NCBI GenBank assembly: GCA_963693365.1 | Contig: CAVNZM010000002.1 | Location: 6,647,943-6,711,942 of the forward strand | Source: Amoebidium appalachense | Taxonomy: Eukaryota; Protista; Ichthyosporea | Length of the DNA stretch: 64,000 bases | Direction: 5' to 3' | Part shown: one piece after another, positions 1 through 25,739 of the stretch | How positions within the stretch are numbered: the first letter of the stretch is position 1 | How the letters are laid out: every line of letters starts with the position of its first letter | Notes under the pieces: generated by a model | Told to the model about the DNA's origin: nothing | What the model saw: only the letters and a program-made list of their open reading frames with translations | Database searches by the model: none | Translations under genes and position numbers: made by a program

Positions 1-35
<35 letters not shown>

Positions 36-1355
36 GCGTGTGTGTCTGTGTGTATCAGTGTGCCACTACGGTGCGTTCGTGTATGCGCCGGTGTGTTCTG
101 TGTACATGTGCCAGGTGCTCACGTACCAAACGCAAACTGTTAGTAAGTAGTCTGTTACATGACTTGAGAAAAAAAAATCACATGGCCGCGGTGAGATCTC
201 TCGTAGATATGCCGGGCCAATCAGTGTGCAGGATCTAACGTATGATGTTCCGGATTTTCCATAAATCCGGGAAAGCCGTGTCGTTATTTCAAGTTCTTGG
301 TGGATGTCGAACTCGCGCCGCCCAGCAAAGTCCTAAAAGTGGTTTCGATTCCCGTAGAAAAGAGCAATTCTCTATGTCAAATATAAAAATGGTTGCTTTG
401 TGTGCCGTTTTGTAAAGCATACCTAGACGAGCACCTGCGCGTGGTGTTTATATGCAACTCCCGCCTTTTCGCGCCGGGTTTTTGAAATTGTTTTCGATAT
501 TCCACAGCTTAAGTTTCTGGAGATTCTGTTTCTCCATGCCATTGGATAAGCAGGCACCCAACAAAATTTGCCATATAATTTCCAAAAATCACTGTGTCCG
601 CCGTGCCACCGACGGCCCACCGTGACCGTGGTACAGTCACTATGACTGGTTCGAATCTCTATTCTCTGCGTGCGTACAAAACAATATAGTTCCATGTGAA
701 ACCTTGATGGTCCAGTGGCCGCACCCGGGCACCGTGCATGATACATGCCATATTACATGGCACAATGCTGTTGAAAACTGGCAAACATGTATATGGTCTT
801 TCATGAGCATATCAATAAAGCCATTAAAAAAAACTAAACTTTTGCAGTCCCTACGACAGTTGTTGCCTCGAGCTCTACAGGAAGCATTATCGGTTTGGAA
901 ATCCGCCGGTCGGTTTGGGACTTCCGTGCAAGTCTATGCCCCGTGCAATAAAGTCATTATAAAAAAAACAAAAAAAAACATGGTCGACAACATCAATGTT
1001 GGGGTCCTAAGCTCTAGGAGAAAAAGTGCGATTTCGGCCAATCAGTATCTCGTCATCTAATCTCCCTGTCGCGCACCAAACAAGAAGCCTCAGTACATGT
1101 GTACACGAGACAGTACACGCATCTTTCACGGGCCGAAGTGATTCTTCGATGTGGCCCTACATCTGCAAGAGCATAACCACATTGCATATGGTTTACCATC
1201 ACCACTTTTGGTATACTTAAATATTACTTATACAGTGTTGGGGATTGTCAAACCACTCGTATACAACGCCAGAACAACCCATCTCCCCATTACAGTAAGA
1301 CCTGCTCCGACGGCAAGCACCCACATCCCCACTGTTTACAAATCGTCTTCCCAAA

Positions 1356-2390
1356 ATGGGTGTCGAGGGCCTTGTGTGCCTGGTCACTGACGGCAGCGGC
1401 TTTGTGGGCCAACGTTTTGTGGAAATGCTCTTTGATCGCGGGGCCAAATGAAAAAGGTCAAGTCGTTCGACATAGCACCAAAACCGGACTTTGCGAGTGA
1501 TGAAACGCGCATAGAATGGGTACGGGGCGACCTGGCCGTGGAAGAGGTGATTGCTGCATGCGAGGGCGTGGATGCTGTGTGGCACAACGCAGCCGCCGTA
1601 GGACCGTTCCTTCCCCATCACCTCTACGAGGCAGTCAACTACAGAGGGAGCCTGCATTTTCTTGAGGCCTGCCGTGTGCACAAGATCCGGAAACTATATA
1701 CATTCTACCCCTTCGACAAGGTTTGAAGGGCCTGACATGGTGGGGGTAAAGTGTGAGGAGTTGCCTATACCTCTCCCAGGGCAGTTTATGCATGCGTATG
1801 CGGAGACAAAGGCTATGGGGGAGGCCGCCATTCTAAAAGCATGTTGTGATGAGCTGATGACGGTTGCCGTTGCTATACACCAGGTCTACGGGCCAAGGGA
1901 CCCTCTCACCCTCCCCAGTTTCCTGTCTGCGGCAAAGAGCGGAAAGCTTCGGGTGTTTGGAAATGGCAAGAACATGGTGTCATTTACACACGTGGATAAT
2001 GCCTGCCATGGGCTAATCGTCGCATGCGATGCTCTTCATAAGGGGTCCCTGCCTTAGGAAAATTCTACCTGGTTACAGATGATGGTCACCACAACTTCTG
2101 GAAAACTATTAATAGCGCAGTCACATCTAGTGTGTGCAAGCCATTTCTGACAAAGAAAGTGCCACGGGTGGTGGCTTTGAAATTTGTGCATGTTCTGAGT
2201 GTGATCACTGCATTCACAGGGAAGAAGTTTAAACTGGTGCCTTTCACGGTTAATATTTTGATTAATAATCGGATGGTTTGACATCTGCGACGCAAAGAGG
2301 GATTTGAAGTAAGAGCCCGTTTTGGCTTTCGAGGAGGGATGGGTGCAGACTGTTGGATGGTTCAAGCAGAGAGAGGAGTGGTGGCAGGCA
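1356..2390 (+). pseudogene. Intronless NSDHL/ERG26-like 3-beta-hydroxysteroid dehydrogenase (extended SDR) pseudogene
   Basis: Translation pieced across frames: MGVEGLVCLVTDGSGFVGQRFVEML (NAD-binding TGGxGxxG with G>D), KVKSFDI, GVDAVWHNAAAVGP, VNYRGS, STPSTRFEG, catalytic [48 protein letters not shown]. Frameshifts near 1447, 1700, 2050 and 2272, and an in-frame TAA near 2310. No GT-AG introns. Confidence 0.85.
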
Positions 2391-2574
2391 AAGGCAGACG
2401 CCGCAGAGCGCATGTAGATTGCAGGCGCGCACACACACACACACACATACACACATACACACACATGCGCGCGCGCGCGCGCAGCCACGCAGACACGCAC
2501 ACACGAACACACACACACAGACACACACACACACACGTGTGCGGGGGCGTGCGTGCGAGCACAAGGGCTTAAGG

Positions 2575-2609
<35 letters not shown>

Positions 2610-2707
2610 CACGCACACACGCACAAACATACGTACACGCACATATGTACACGCAGGTGCGTACACGCGCGCACACACGCACACACGCTACAACGCACAC
2701 ACACGGA

Positions 2708-2747
<40 letters not shown>

Positions 2748-3633
2748 GTGACACACTCACACACATACACACACACTGACACACACCCAAACACCCACAC
2801 ACACTAAACACCCAGTGCGGGCAGGGGGGATGAAAGGGAGAGAGAGAACCGAACAGTGAGCTCGTAAACCCTAGAGAAAGCACGGCCGGGCGGTATGTAA
2901 TACTAAGTATTTGGGGTGGTTGAGGGCCGCTTGGGGAGCTCGAGGAGGGAGGGGGGAGGGGCGAGGGGGGTATAAAGCAGATGCGATTCATAATTAGTCC
3001 AAGGCGCCGGGGGGCACACATATATGCTGCTGGCACCCGTCAATGTTTGTATAATTCCAGCAATGGCTTGTACGTAGCTTTTTTTCGTTCACCCCTCTTG
3101 TCTGGACTTTACCGTCGTCGTTTTCATGATCATACTCTAGCACTTCAATATATATGGTCTACCTGTACACGCATGTTACAATGAACCAAAATTTGAAAAA
3201 AATAAAATATGCCTCCTTATGTAATTTGTACGTGTACTTTTGCCACTTTGTGGCAACGACGCACCCATGCATATGCGGTGCAGTGCGACTGCATGCTGCG
3301 CAGCTGCATGTTGTTTTGTTTTCAAGGGTTGCAAGGGGGGGGGGTAGGGAGGGGGGGGGGGGTATATACGTCAAGTTGTGGGTAACTGCTGGCCAAGCCA
3401 CGTAGGGTTGGGAATTGTGTCAGATTCTGATCTCTTGTCTTTGTGTGATGATGTCCATGTGCACGGTGATAATCGTGCTTGACAATGTGTGTGTGTGAAC
3501 AAAGTTTACGTGCCTCATCAGCCTTGGATGGTGTACTACGAGTGTGACAATGTGCTGTGTCGTATGCAATGCAACTATGCCAGTAGTAATATACTTTCTG
3601 CAGACTGCACCAAATTTTAGTAGGGGTGTGTGT

Positions 3634-3699
<66 letters not shown>

Positions 3700-3916
3700 A
3701 CACAAAAACGATAGGCCAGGCTAGGCCCAGCAGATGCGGCATTTTATTCATGCTTCACCCACAGGGCTTGTCGTGGCAGGAAACCTAACCCATGGCCAAC
3801 CTCTGTTCATCGAAACCAAAGGCAAGCAGAGCATACAGCACAGTCCCAGACCCTGCAAAAGAAAATGTACACACCCTCACGAAATTTCGCGCGTTGTAAG
3901 CCTGTAACCCCCCCCC

Positions 3917-3947
<31 letters not shown>

Positions 3948-4148
3948 AATTTTTTGTATCAAATTCAGACCGCCCTGTAGGCGATTGTATACATCCACAG
4001 AACGCATTGTCCAGAGTATCAGGCAAAAAGAGAGCACATCAGAGCCCCCCCTTCCCCCCCCCCCCCCCCCCAAACAAACAAACAAACAAAAAAAAAAAAA
4101 AAAAAAAAGGAAAGAAAAAAAAAAAGACATCCCTATCCCACACATGAA

Positions 4149-4187
<39 letters not shown>

Positions 4188-4277
4188 CCACCACCACCAC
4201 CACCACCAACACACATATGCAGCCTCGCCCTGCCCCCACACACACACAAAAAAAAAAACACACATACACAAAAACAA

Positions 4278-12048
<7,771 letters not shown>

Positions 12049-12192
12049 CCTGCCTGGCTGCCGGCCCTGCCCACGCCCCTGCCAGAACCTTTCACATAGA
12101 GGTGAGCGCAAGGGTGCGGGTGCGACCGGGGTGGGGGTGGCGGCAGGGAAGTGCACAAAAGAGGTCTGGCGTTTATGTGTCTGGTTGTACAT

Positions 12193-12236
<44 letters not shown>

Positions 12237-12919
12237 GACACAGGGGGCGGCGGGAGAGGGGGGGGGCGCGGGGGAAGGTGAGGGTAAAGGGAGAAGTGGA
12301 GGAAGAGGTGGCAGGGGAACGGGGGAGGGCAAATATGCTTAGAAAGAGGCACGTGCGTATATTCAAAGTAGATTAGTGAACAGAACGTTTTTATGGCACT
12401 CTCATCTCACCTTCTCTTGTGGCCGGGGGCCCTTGGTGCCTGCTCTGGTGTTAATTCTCCCCTCCACCTGCGCGAAACGGAGCAGCCCATAAGCTCCCTG
12501 CCTGCTCCTTTGCTTGTCCCCTTACCCTAGATGTCCAGCTGCTTGAACCTCGAACATGTGATGGTTGATGGACAAGCTGTGGTTGGGTGTGCGTTCTACT
12601 AAACATGCGTATGTTCCAGCACCGAACTAAATGCATAAAAGTGTACTATCCAAAAGCTGCCTTTTTATGAAAGCAACACCGAGAGCCCCTGGAAACTAAC
12701 ACATGTATACAAATAGGTTGCTGAGAATCATGCAGCCCAGAACGAGCGAATGGAATCGTGGAATTCTCAAGGGAGGCCTTGGTGTTTCTCCGTGATCAGC
12801 CATTGTAGGTGATAAGGAGGCCTTGGCCGATCTTGCAAGCGCAACAAGCGTCACCGAGATATGACGTCAGTGGCTCATGAATCTTACGTAAGTGATGCTG
12901 AGACAACCAATAAAACACA

Positions 12920-15217
12920 TTGCTCGCACAAAGCCATTTAAACACCACTCCCGCTAGACTAGGTGAACCCCTGTCTCAAAAGGAAAGCTTGCGCCGGCTT
13001 GCTAGTATGAATCGATTTGGCCCCCCTGCTCGTATTATTGGTGATACCACTGGAGACCCCCTCATAGACTCTGATAAGTATTTCTCGGAACTGTTTAAAG
13101 ATAGGACCCCCGCTCAGAAACCTATTGTGTGGCCTGTAGACCCATCTATCCCCATAGAATCGATCCTCCCCTTTTTCAGTCCCGATGCCATATGGTCTGT
13201 GATATCTAGTTATAGCTCTAGTAAGTCTTGTGGACCTGATGGACTCCCTGCTGGGTTTCTTAAAATCCTTGTTCCCTCCTACCCACAAAAGGAAAGTGAT
13301 CGTGCTATTAAACCTGATCTTACTATCATGTTAAGCTCTCTCTTTTCTTGGTGTGTTAAATGTGGACATGTCCCGTCATCTTGGTTAGATACCTTAGTGA
13401 TCCCCATAGTTAAGAAGGACTCTGAGGGCCCCATATCATCCTTTCGCCCCATTACACTAACCCAGGTTGTTCGTAGATTCTTTGAAGCTTGCTTACTTAG
13501 GTTATTTGCACATCACCCTAGGTTTCAATCTATTCTTCACATACACCCATGCCAATCCGCTTTTCGTAAAAACAATTCATGTTATGTTCAAATAATGGCA
13601 CTGCACGATTCTATGCAAGTTGGTGCACAATATGTTGGCTTTATTGATTGGAAAACTGCTTACGATTCTGTCTCCCCTGGTCTCCTATGGGAAAAGCTTG
13701 CTGCACGGGGTGTACCACACTGCATTGGTGTTCTGTTAGAAGCACTCTTGTCTCAAACCTATGGTAGAGCTGTGGTTAATGGGCATCTTTCATATGGTTT
13801 TGCTCGTACTAGAGGTCTCTTGCAGGGTTCATTGCTTAGCCCCTTTTTGTTTAACCTATTTATAGATGATTTGGCTGTCAAGATTTACGCCGAAAACGAT
13901 GACCCTATTAATAACTTTCCGCCTGCACTTCTCTATGCTGATGATCTGTCCCTCCTTGCCCGTACCCCTAGACGCCTGCAAAGATTGTTCGATGTAGTGT
14001 CAGAGTGGTGCAAGGCAAACCTTATGATCCTTAACATAGACAAATGTGGTGTTCTTGTACCTGATATAGCTAACAATTTACACACATTTACATTATCATC
14101 TAAACCTGTACCTATAGTTCCAGAATACAAATATCTTGGTGTTCCGGTTGATTCTGTTGGTGTTATGTTTCCCCATATGGTCGAAAAGAGGGTAGAGTTG
14201 GCTCGTAAGCGGTTAGCTTTCTTCTCGGCTAATATTTTTAAAGACACACCCCTCCATCCTTCTATTAGACTTACATTTATTCGCACTTCTGTCTTCCCGG
14301 CTTGTGAATATGGTTTACCCCTTCTCGCCGCTTGGATCAAGAAAGAGAGAACTAGAGCGCTTAAACCCTTGGCAAATTTCCTTGAAGCAGAAGTTGCCTC
14401 CTTTCTATCTAACAACTGTTGTAAACCTGGGCCTGTAACGCTCTCGATATATGGTCTGGTCCCAATAGCTGCTAGAGTATCCTATCTCGCGCTGAAATTC
14501 AATAAGCACATAAGCCGCTTAAAGAAGTATTTGCCCTCCCACCCTCTCTTCTCTATCCGACCTGTCCCCTCCTCACCTCTCCCCTCTTTCCTCCCCTCTC
14601 TCTCCCCTTCTCCCCTGGGCACAAATACAAATAAACCCCGCAATAGTGTGTGTGTGACTTTGGACTGCCACTTACTTATTAAACATGTACACAATCACAA
14701 GATAATCACGCAATATAACAAATGGAAAAAGATACCACACGACACTAGACCCGATGAAAGCATACACCTTGAAAAACTAAGCCTTATGTCTCGTTTTATA
14801 TATACTGACCGCCTCAACCATATTGCCAAATATGGCACTCGCAAGTGTATAACACCTAAATACATATTACCTTCCTGTAGAACTGGTCTTTCTCTAGCTG
14901 ATGGTATTATTGATCAATTACCACGCTTTTACTGTACACGTGCTATACAGTGGAGATCTAATAAGTATAAGGTGGCATCATTTGCATGCCCAAACAACAC
15001 ACACACACACCAGTTTAACCGGTCATGTATCGCCAAATGTAGTTTGATAGACCACATAATACCGCAACACACACACGTCACATTCACAACAGACACCCAG
15101 AAAGATAGCCTACCTGTAAATTACAACATCCTTGATTTTATACTAAACACGCGTAACTACGACCTGTTTATTAGATGTATTGATTGGCTTGAGAAACACA
15201 TCACTACAAAATTATAG
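12920..15217 (+). CDS. Non-LTR retrotransposon reverse transcriptase ORF (765 aa, open), 5'-truncated, no endonuclease domain visible
   Basis: LINE-type RT motifs SCGPDGLP, PIVKK...FRPITL, QSAFRK, FIDWKTAYDSV, RGLLQGSLLSPFLFNLFIDDL, LYADD, YKYLGV, plus a C-terminal Cys/His cluster (CPNNTHTHQFNRSCIAKC). The TTG start is probably not the real start. Confidence 0.93.
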   Translation: MLAQSHLNTTPARLGEPLSQKESLRRLASMNRFGPPARIIGDTTGDPLIDSDKYFSELFKDRTPAQKPIVWPVDPSIPIESILPFFSPDAIWSVISSYSSSKSCGPDGLPAGFLKILVPSYPQKESDRAIKPDLTIMLSSLFSWCVKCGHVPSSWLDTLVIPIVKKDSEGPISSFRPITLTQVVRRFFEACLLRLFAHHPRFQSILHIHPCQSAFRKNNSCYVQIMALHDSMQVGAQYVGFIDWKTAYDSVSPGLLWEKLAARGVPHCIGVLLEALLSQTYGRAVVNGHLSYGFARTRGLLQGSLLSPFLFNLFIDDLAVKIYAENDDPINNFPPALLYADDLSLLARTPRRLQRLFDVVSEWCKANLMILNIDKCGVLVPDIANNLHTFTLSSKPVPIVPEYKYLGVPVDSVGVMFPHMVEKRVELARKRLAFFSANIFKDTPLHPSIRLTFIRTSVFPACEYGLPLLAAWIKKERTRALKPLANFLEAEVASFLSNNCCKPGPVTLSIYGLVPIAARVSYLALKFNKHISRLKKYLPSHPLFSIRPVPSSPLPSFLPSLSPSPLGTNTNKPRNSVCVTLDCHLLIKHVHNHKIITQYNKWKKIPHDTRPDESIHLEKLSLMSRFIYTDRLNHIAKYGTRKCITPKYILPSCRTGLSLADGIIDQLPRFYCTRAIQWRSNKYKVASFACPNNTHTHQFNRSCIAKCSLIDHIIPQHTHVTFTTDTQKDSLPVNYNILDFILNTRNYDLFIRCIDWLEKHITTKL

Positions 15218-15238
15218 CGCACGCGCACACACACACAC

Positions 15239-15289
<51 letters not shown>

Positions 15290-15330
15290 CCAGCTGATAC
15301 CGAGTGTCCCGAGGGGAGCCCCTTTAAAAA

Positions 15331-15375
<45 letters not shown>

Positions 15376-15572
15376 GGGGAACCCCAACTAATTGATTTCT
15401 CCTTGTAGTCTTTATGGTGTCTCGTAGAGAAAGTAAACCCTGATATATAGTCACCACCCGACATCTATGTACGTGATCATGATATACCGCTGAGGGGATA
15501 TTCCGAGCAAAACCCCCCCCCCCATACCTGAGACTGGTTCTCTTTGCCTCGAGTAAACAGCGTAAACCCCAT
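12950..15572 (+). mobile_element. Non-LTR retrotransposon copy 1 (RT ORF + (CA)n + internal poly(A) + ~200-bp conserved tail)
   Basis: Near-identical to the inverted copy at 26541-29095 from 13028 through 15572. The 5' boundary is approximate. No TSD found. Confidence 0.85.
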
Positions 15573-15869
15573 AACCATATATAGCTATGTAAAAGCTATT
15601 TGAGAAGGCTTCTTACCGTGTAGCTAGAACATCAACAGTGACAGACTGACGGCGACTCAGACTGCGTCGATGGAGAGCCGGAATTTTTGGCATTCAGCGT
15701 CTGGCTGGCACTTAGGCATAAAAACACTTGGTAGCATAATAAAAAACCCTCACAAGTTCACACAACCACAAGCCTTTTTTCGGCCCTGCGTGTACAGGCG
15801 TGAAGAAAGAAGAAGACATCGGCTCCTCTTACATTTCGATTAGTTATTGCAGCGAAACTTTCTGTGAGC

Positions 15870-21323
<5,454 letters not shown>

Positions 21324-21704
21324 CTGTTCAGCTTTTGAAGAATTGTTGGTTAAGATGAAACCGTTTTTTTTCAAGTTTTGGACGAATGGCTGTATATTAT
21401 GAGATGTTGGTTTGCTGAATTTATAAGAATAATTTGTGAATGAATGAAGTGCAATTCCGAGGTTGTTTTAGAGTCGACAAAAACCGCTCTATGAAAACTA
21501 CTCCGGGACGTGTGTTGCCTCTAGGGGGACATCCCCTTGGACGAAAGTGAACCTGCAATGGTTGTAAACCACGGCAAGCCCCCAGTCATCAATTTATTGA
21601 TCCGTGAGGTCCTTGTGCCCAAAAAACGGGGGAAGTCTTCGCCCCGTGAAAAAACAGCACGCATGTGTGGATCAATGGGGGTGAGTGTGGGTGTAGGTGG
21701 GTGG

Positions 21705-22055
21705 GTGAAAAGAAAATGTATAGCCGTAAGGGCTGTAGGTGCTCAACACAGAAGATGTGTTTGTAGCTTGCTGATCTGCTGAAAACTGTCTTGCTTATAT
21801 ACCTAAGCCTACCGACCTGAGCCAATTGAAAATCGATCCAGTGATATGTGAATCTGAATCGAACCAATCAAAATCGGTCTAGCGATATGTGGAATCTGAT
21901 GTTTTGATTAGCTAATAGGTGCCCGTGTGCGAGCGGCCAATCGCGAACTGCTAAAACACGAAACGAAGCCTACATGGTTATGTCAATATCGAACACCCAT
22001 CCTACGTGTTTACCCAGAAAAATATTTATGTCAATAAATTCCACAAATAAAACCT
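21705..22055 (-). repeat. Ngaro repeat A2 (351 bp), containing TATA-like TATATAA on the minus strand at 21801-21795 and CCAAT boxes
   Basis: Matches 25740-26090 with one mismatch found by eye (21896 C vs 25931 A). Confidence 0.9.
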
Positions 22056-22200
22056 CTATGAAAACTACTCCGGGACGTGTGTTGCCTCTAGGGGGACATC
22101 CCCTTGGACGAAAGTGAACCTGCAATGGTTGTAAACCACGGCACGAGAGCAGTATGCTTGCTCCAAAGGTTTCACTTAAGGATAGAGGCAAATACACGTT

Positions 22201-23150
22201 TGTTAGTGGCAGCCATGGGGGCCGGCGAAGTCGAGTATAGATCAGGGAACAGTCGGAAGATCATCTGCCAAGTTGTTGGATCCTGGAGTCGTCGACCCCG
22301 GCCTCGGCCAGGGCTGTGGCCCCCCCAATTCGGAGGCTGTGGCCGGCAAACCGGGAGGGTGAGAGGCCTGCCCGGGAGAGGAGGGCACGGAAGTCGTCAG
22401 AGAAAACACCCTTGGTGTAGGGAATGCCACCGAGACTGAACAGGGGGTCGTCAGGTTGACCGGATGTCGTATCCAGGAACTGCCGGAGGAGATGGGCTGG
22501 GGAGAAGTGGGTGAGAGGCAGGGCAGCTAGAGTGACGTTGACACTTAGGGCTGTACATCCATCTTGGAGGTTGGCAGGTGGAGGGTGGCATGGGACAAAG
22601 TACTGGTGGGGGTGTAGCTGAAGGTGACGTCCTTCCATTTCACGTGACGGGACGGGTCGAAGGAAGTCAGGGTCTTGGAGGTAAATTCCCACGAACGGAG
22701 GAGACCACAAAAACCGACGATGAGGGCCGTCCAAAGCCGGCGATTGGCTGAGGAGGCCTGGGTGGGGCACTGGCCATGGAGTAGGCCGAGGTGGGAGGGC
22801 AGGAGGGGTTCTCTGGGAGATGATCGGGGTCGGATGTTGTGAGAAAAGCTGCCATCTGCCCACCCCTTGTAGGAACCAGGCGAGAGACTTGTCGTGGGGG
22901 TAGGGAGCCGGAAGTCCCATGTCGAGGTGGAGTCTGGTGATAGCCGAATTGTAGCCGGCCAAGGAAGAGGCCTGTACCCCTTGTTGGGCACACCAGGCAA
23001 GAAAGAGCTGCACGGTGTGTGGGGAGGCCGGGAGGTAGGACCCGGAGGAGGATGGCAGCCGAGATGCCACAAAAAACCGATGAACACTTTCTGCACCCGG
23101 GAGTAGAAGGCCCGAGAGTCGAGGTTGAGACTCAGGGCCTGGCACTCCTG
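22201..23150 (-). pseudogene. Tyrosine recombinase of the Ngaro-type element (frameshifted, premature stop)
   Basis: SAM-like N-terminus (VQLFLAW...SLAGYNSAITRLHLDMG), GFCGLLR (catalytic R), LHLPTSKMD (K), AGHSLRIGGAT (HxxR), QLGR*SSDCSLIY (GRW W>TGA at 22263-22261, catalytic Y). Split over two frames. Confidence 0.88.
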
Positions 23151-23227
23151 CAGGGTAGTGGTGGCTCGAAGCAGCACGGCCGGAGCAAAGTGGGGGGCCA
23201 ATCTGCCAGCGTTGCTCCGGAAGGGAA

Positions 23228-23267
<40 letters not shown>

Positions 23268-23284
23268 GAGCCCAGGGGAAGGGA

Positions 23285-23420
23285 GAGGGCATGTGCCGGA
23301 AGGCAGCCTGCACGTCTGCCACTGCCATGTAGCAGCCGGGGCCTGCGTCGAGAATGAGCTGGGGTCCCGGGCTTGTTTTTGTAGTAACGGCGCCGATGGG
23401 GGAGGAACGGAGGACCGGAA
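23285..23420 (-). pseudogene. Deleted remnant of DIRS/Ngaro reverse transcriptase
   Basis: SSPIGAVTTK followed directly by ILDAGPGCYMAVADVQAAFRHMP resembles the DIRS-family RT motifs SPxGxVxK and GxxMAKxDxxxAFRxxP. The YxDD motif and RNase H are absent. Confidence 0.6.
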
Positions 23421-23551
23421 ACTCAGCAAGGAATTGGTCCGGGAAGAGGGTGGCCGCGCTGGTGGCCGAGGGGGGGCTGGGCCTCCGGGTCTGAGCCTCG
23501 GGGGAAGGTGTGGTTAGCAAGGGTGGGGCACCCTCGGGGAGACCCCGGCAG

Positions 23552-23598
<47 letters not shown>

Positions 23599-23622
23599 CA
23601 GGGCCCCGGGGGGTTTAGAGTA

Positions 23623-24068
23623 GGGCAGCTGGGCCCGAGAGAGGTTGCAGGCAGGGCAGCGGGGCCATGTGCAGGGGATGCCCGAGCACGCAGGGATGCG
23701 GGCGGACACAGAGTTAGAAGGGGGGGGAGGGAGTGCTAGGTGAGTGTAAGGGGGGGGGGGGAGGCTCGTGGGATGGGTGGGGAGTAAAATTATGTGCAGT
23801 GGCCAGAATAACGTCTTTTGTGTAGGGACATGTATTCTGTGGCGCGCGCGGGCGCCGTAGGTGGCCTGCAAAAAAATTTGTACTCAGCCCTAGTGGCCCG
23901 TGCTCCCGAGCTCCGTGTCCCTGTACCCGTGTATCCTAGCTCCTAGCCCCTATGTTCTATCTTGTGTGTGCGGGCAGCTGGGCCCGAGGGAGGTTGCAGG
24001 CAGAACAGCGGGGCCATGTGCAGGGGATGCCCGAGCACGCGGGGATGCGGGCGGACACAGAGTTAGAA

Positions 24069-24108
<40 letters not shown>

Positions 24109-24340
24109 GGGAGGCTAGGTGAGTGTAAGGGGGGGGGGCTCGTGGGATGGGTGGGGAGTAAAATTATGTGCAGTGGCCAGAATAACGTCTTTGTGTAGGG
24201 ACATGTATTCTGTGGCGCGCGCGGGCGCCGTAGGTGGCTTGCGAAAATTTGTACTTAGCCCTAGTGACCCGAGCTCCCGAGCTCCGTGTCCCTGTACCCG
24301 TGTATCCTAGCTCCTAGCCCCTATGTTCTATCTGTGTGTG
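23623..24340. repeat. Tandem duplication (~350-bp unit x2) inside the Ngaro element
   Basis: GGGCAGCTGGGCCCGAG...CCTATGTTCTATC occurs at 23623 and again at 23972 with several substitutions and different G-run lengths. Confidence 0.9.
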
Positions 24341-25739
24341 TGGGTGTGCGCGTAGACTAGGCATTAGGCTTGCAGTCTTTGCGGGGGTGTGTGCCAGAGC
24401 AGAGCGGGCACACGTGGGAGAGGGGGCAGGGCTGCTTAGCGCAGGACCGACCTTAAATGTGGAAATTCATGTAGTGCGTGGCGGGTAGCTCCACCGATCG
24501 GGCCGGTGTTGCCAGGCCGGGGTGCGGGTCGGGGCGGTTGGGGGTTTGTCCCCCGCCGGGCTTGTGGGGCGGTGTGAAGCCATCAAGTCTTAGACCACAG
24601 CCGGGCTTGGGGTACTACATGGGACAGGCCTGAGGGGGGGCTTCAGGGGTAGAGGGGAGAGTGGCTTGGAGGGTCCGTGGTGGTGGGGGCCGCCGGAGGC
24701 GCGTCAGTGCCCGCGGGAGCGTTGGGCAGCTGGTTGCGGAGGTCGCGTAATTTGAAATTCGTTTGGAGGGGCGTCGAGCCTGAGGGTTCTTGCTGCTCGG
24801 GGGTTACTGGGAAAGCCGGAACAGGGAGGGGAGGAGGGGCTTTGACGGGATTGGTTTTGGGATCAGGCACGACGGAGGCAGGGTCAAAGGCAGGTAAGTC
24901 CGGACGGAGAAGGTTAACTGGGTCGGGCCAGGGGCTTTGGAAACGGGGGCGGGCAGCACGGTAGGCTGGCTGGGCAGAAACGTGGATGGGCAGGCAGCAC
25001 GGTAGGCTGGCTGGGCAGAAACGTGGATGGGAACGACCGGACCTGGCAGCATGTGTAGCTGGCCGGGGTCGGGTGGCAACAGGGGGGGAACAGCTGCAGG
25101 GGAACTGGGGCCGTGCAGGGTTTGGGGTAGCTGAGATCTCGACGAGGCTGGCCTTGTGATCTGAGGAAAAAATGCTGCTGGAATGCGGGGCAGACCAATG
25201 GAATGTGAGGTATCCATCGACAGTGAAGTCATGGTGGGGGGAGACATGGCGGGAAACAGGGTGGGAAAACAGGGAAGGAGGCGGGTTGAACACGGTAAGC
25301 TGTTCTGGCAGGGACTTGGGGTCAGTACTCCTGAACAGTAGGAAAGCACAAGGTGCTTTGACTGGGTTTAACATAAGCGACGCGATTGGAGTACCGTATT
25401 TGAATACTCAGAAGGGCAATCGGGCAAGGACTATGAGCGAGGATAGTCAATGCGGATCGAAGCGGGGTGTGAAATTCTAGGCCATCGGGATTGAAAACGG
25501 GGTTTGAAATTAGACGAGTGGTAGGGACTTAGATCACAGCGGCGCGGCGCGTGAGGGACCATGTCAGGAAATCTTCTTGAAGTGTCGAGGAACTTGTAGG
25601 GCGACTAGCCCTAACCGGGACGGAACTGGCAGGAGTGCAAGCCTAACTTGCGAGGAGGACACGAGGGCAAGCTGAACTTGCAAGGATGGCACGATTGTCA
25701 AGGTGTGACAGAAGCTCGTGTCAAGAGTTGTCACGGAGT

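Noticed and set aside
2861-2880. TAAACCC telomere-like words here and in the LINE tail
   Set aside because: Isolated single heptamers, not tandem arrays.
12920-15217. Novel endonuclease-free or domesticated RT gene
   Set aside because: No ATG near the expected 5' end, and a second copy is truncated at a nearby but different point. Ordinary 5' truncation is simpler, though full-length copies should be checked.
15290-15460. Hammerhead ribozyme or snRNA in the LINE tail
   Set aside because: CTGATAC/CTGATAT do not fit CUGANGA, there is no matching GAAA-stem, and no U1/U2/U5/U6 or 5S signatures.
22261-22263. TGA=Trp recoding suggested by GR*SS in the recombinase
   Set aside because: The same gene has frameshifts, and host genes use TGG for Trp and TGA as stop.
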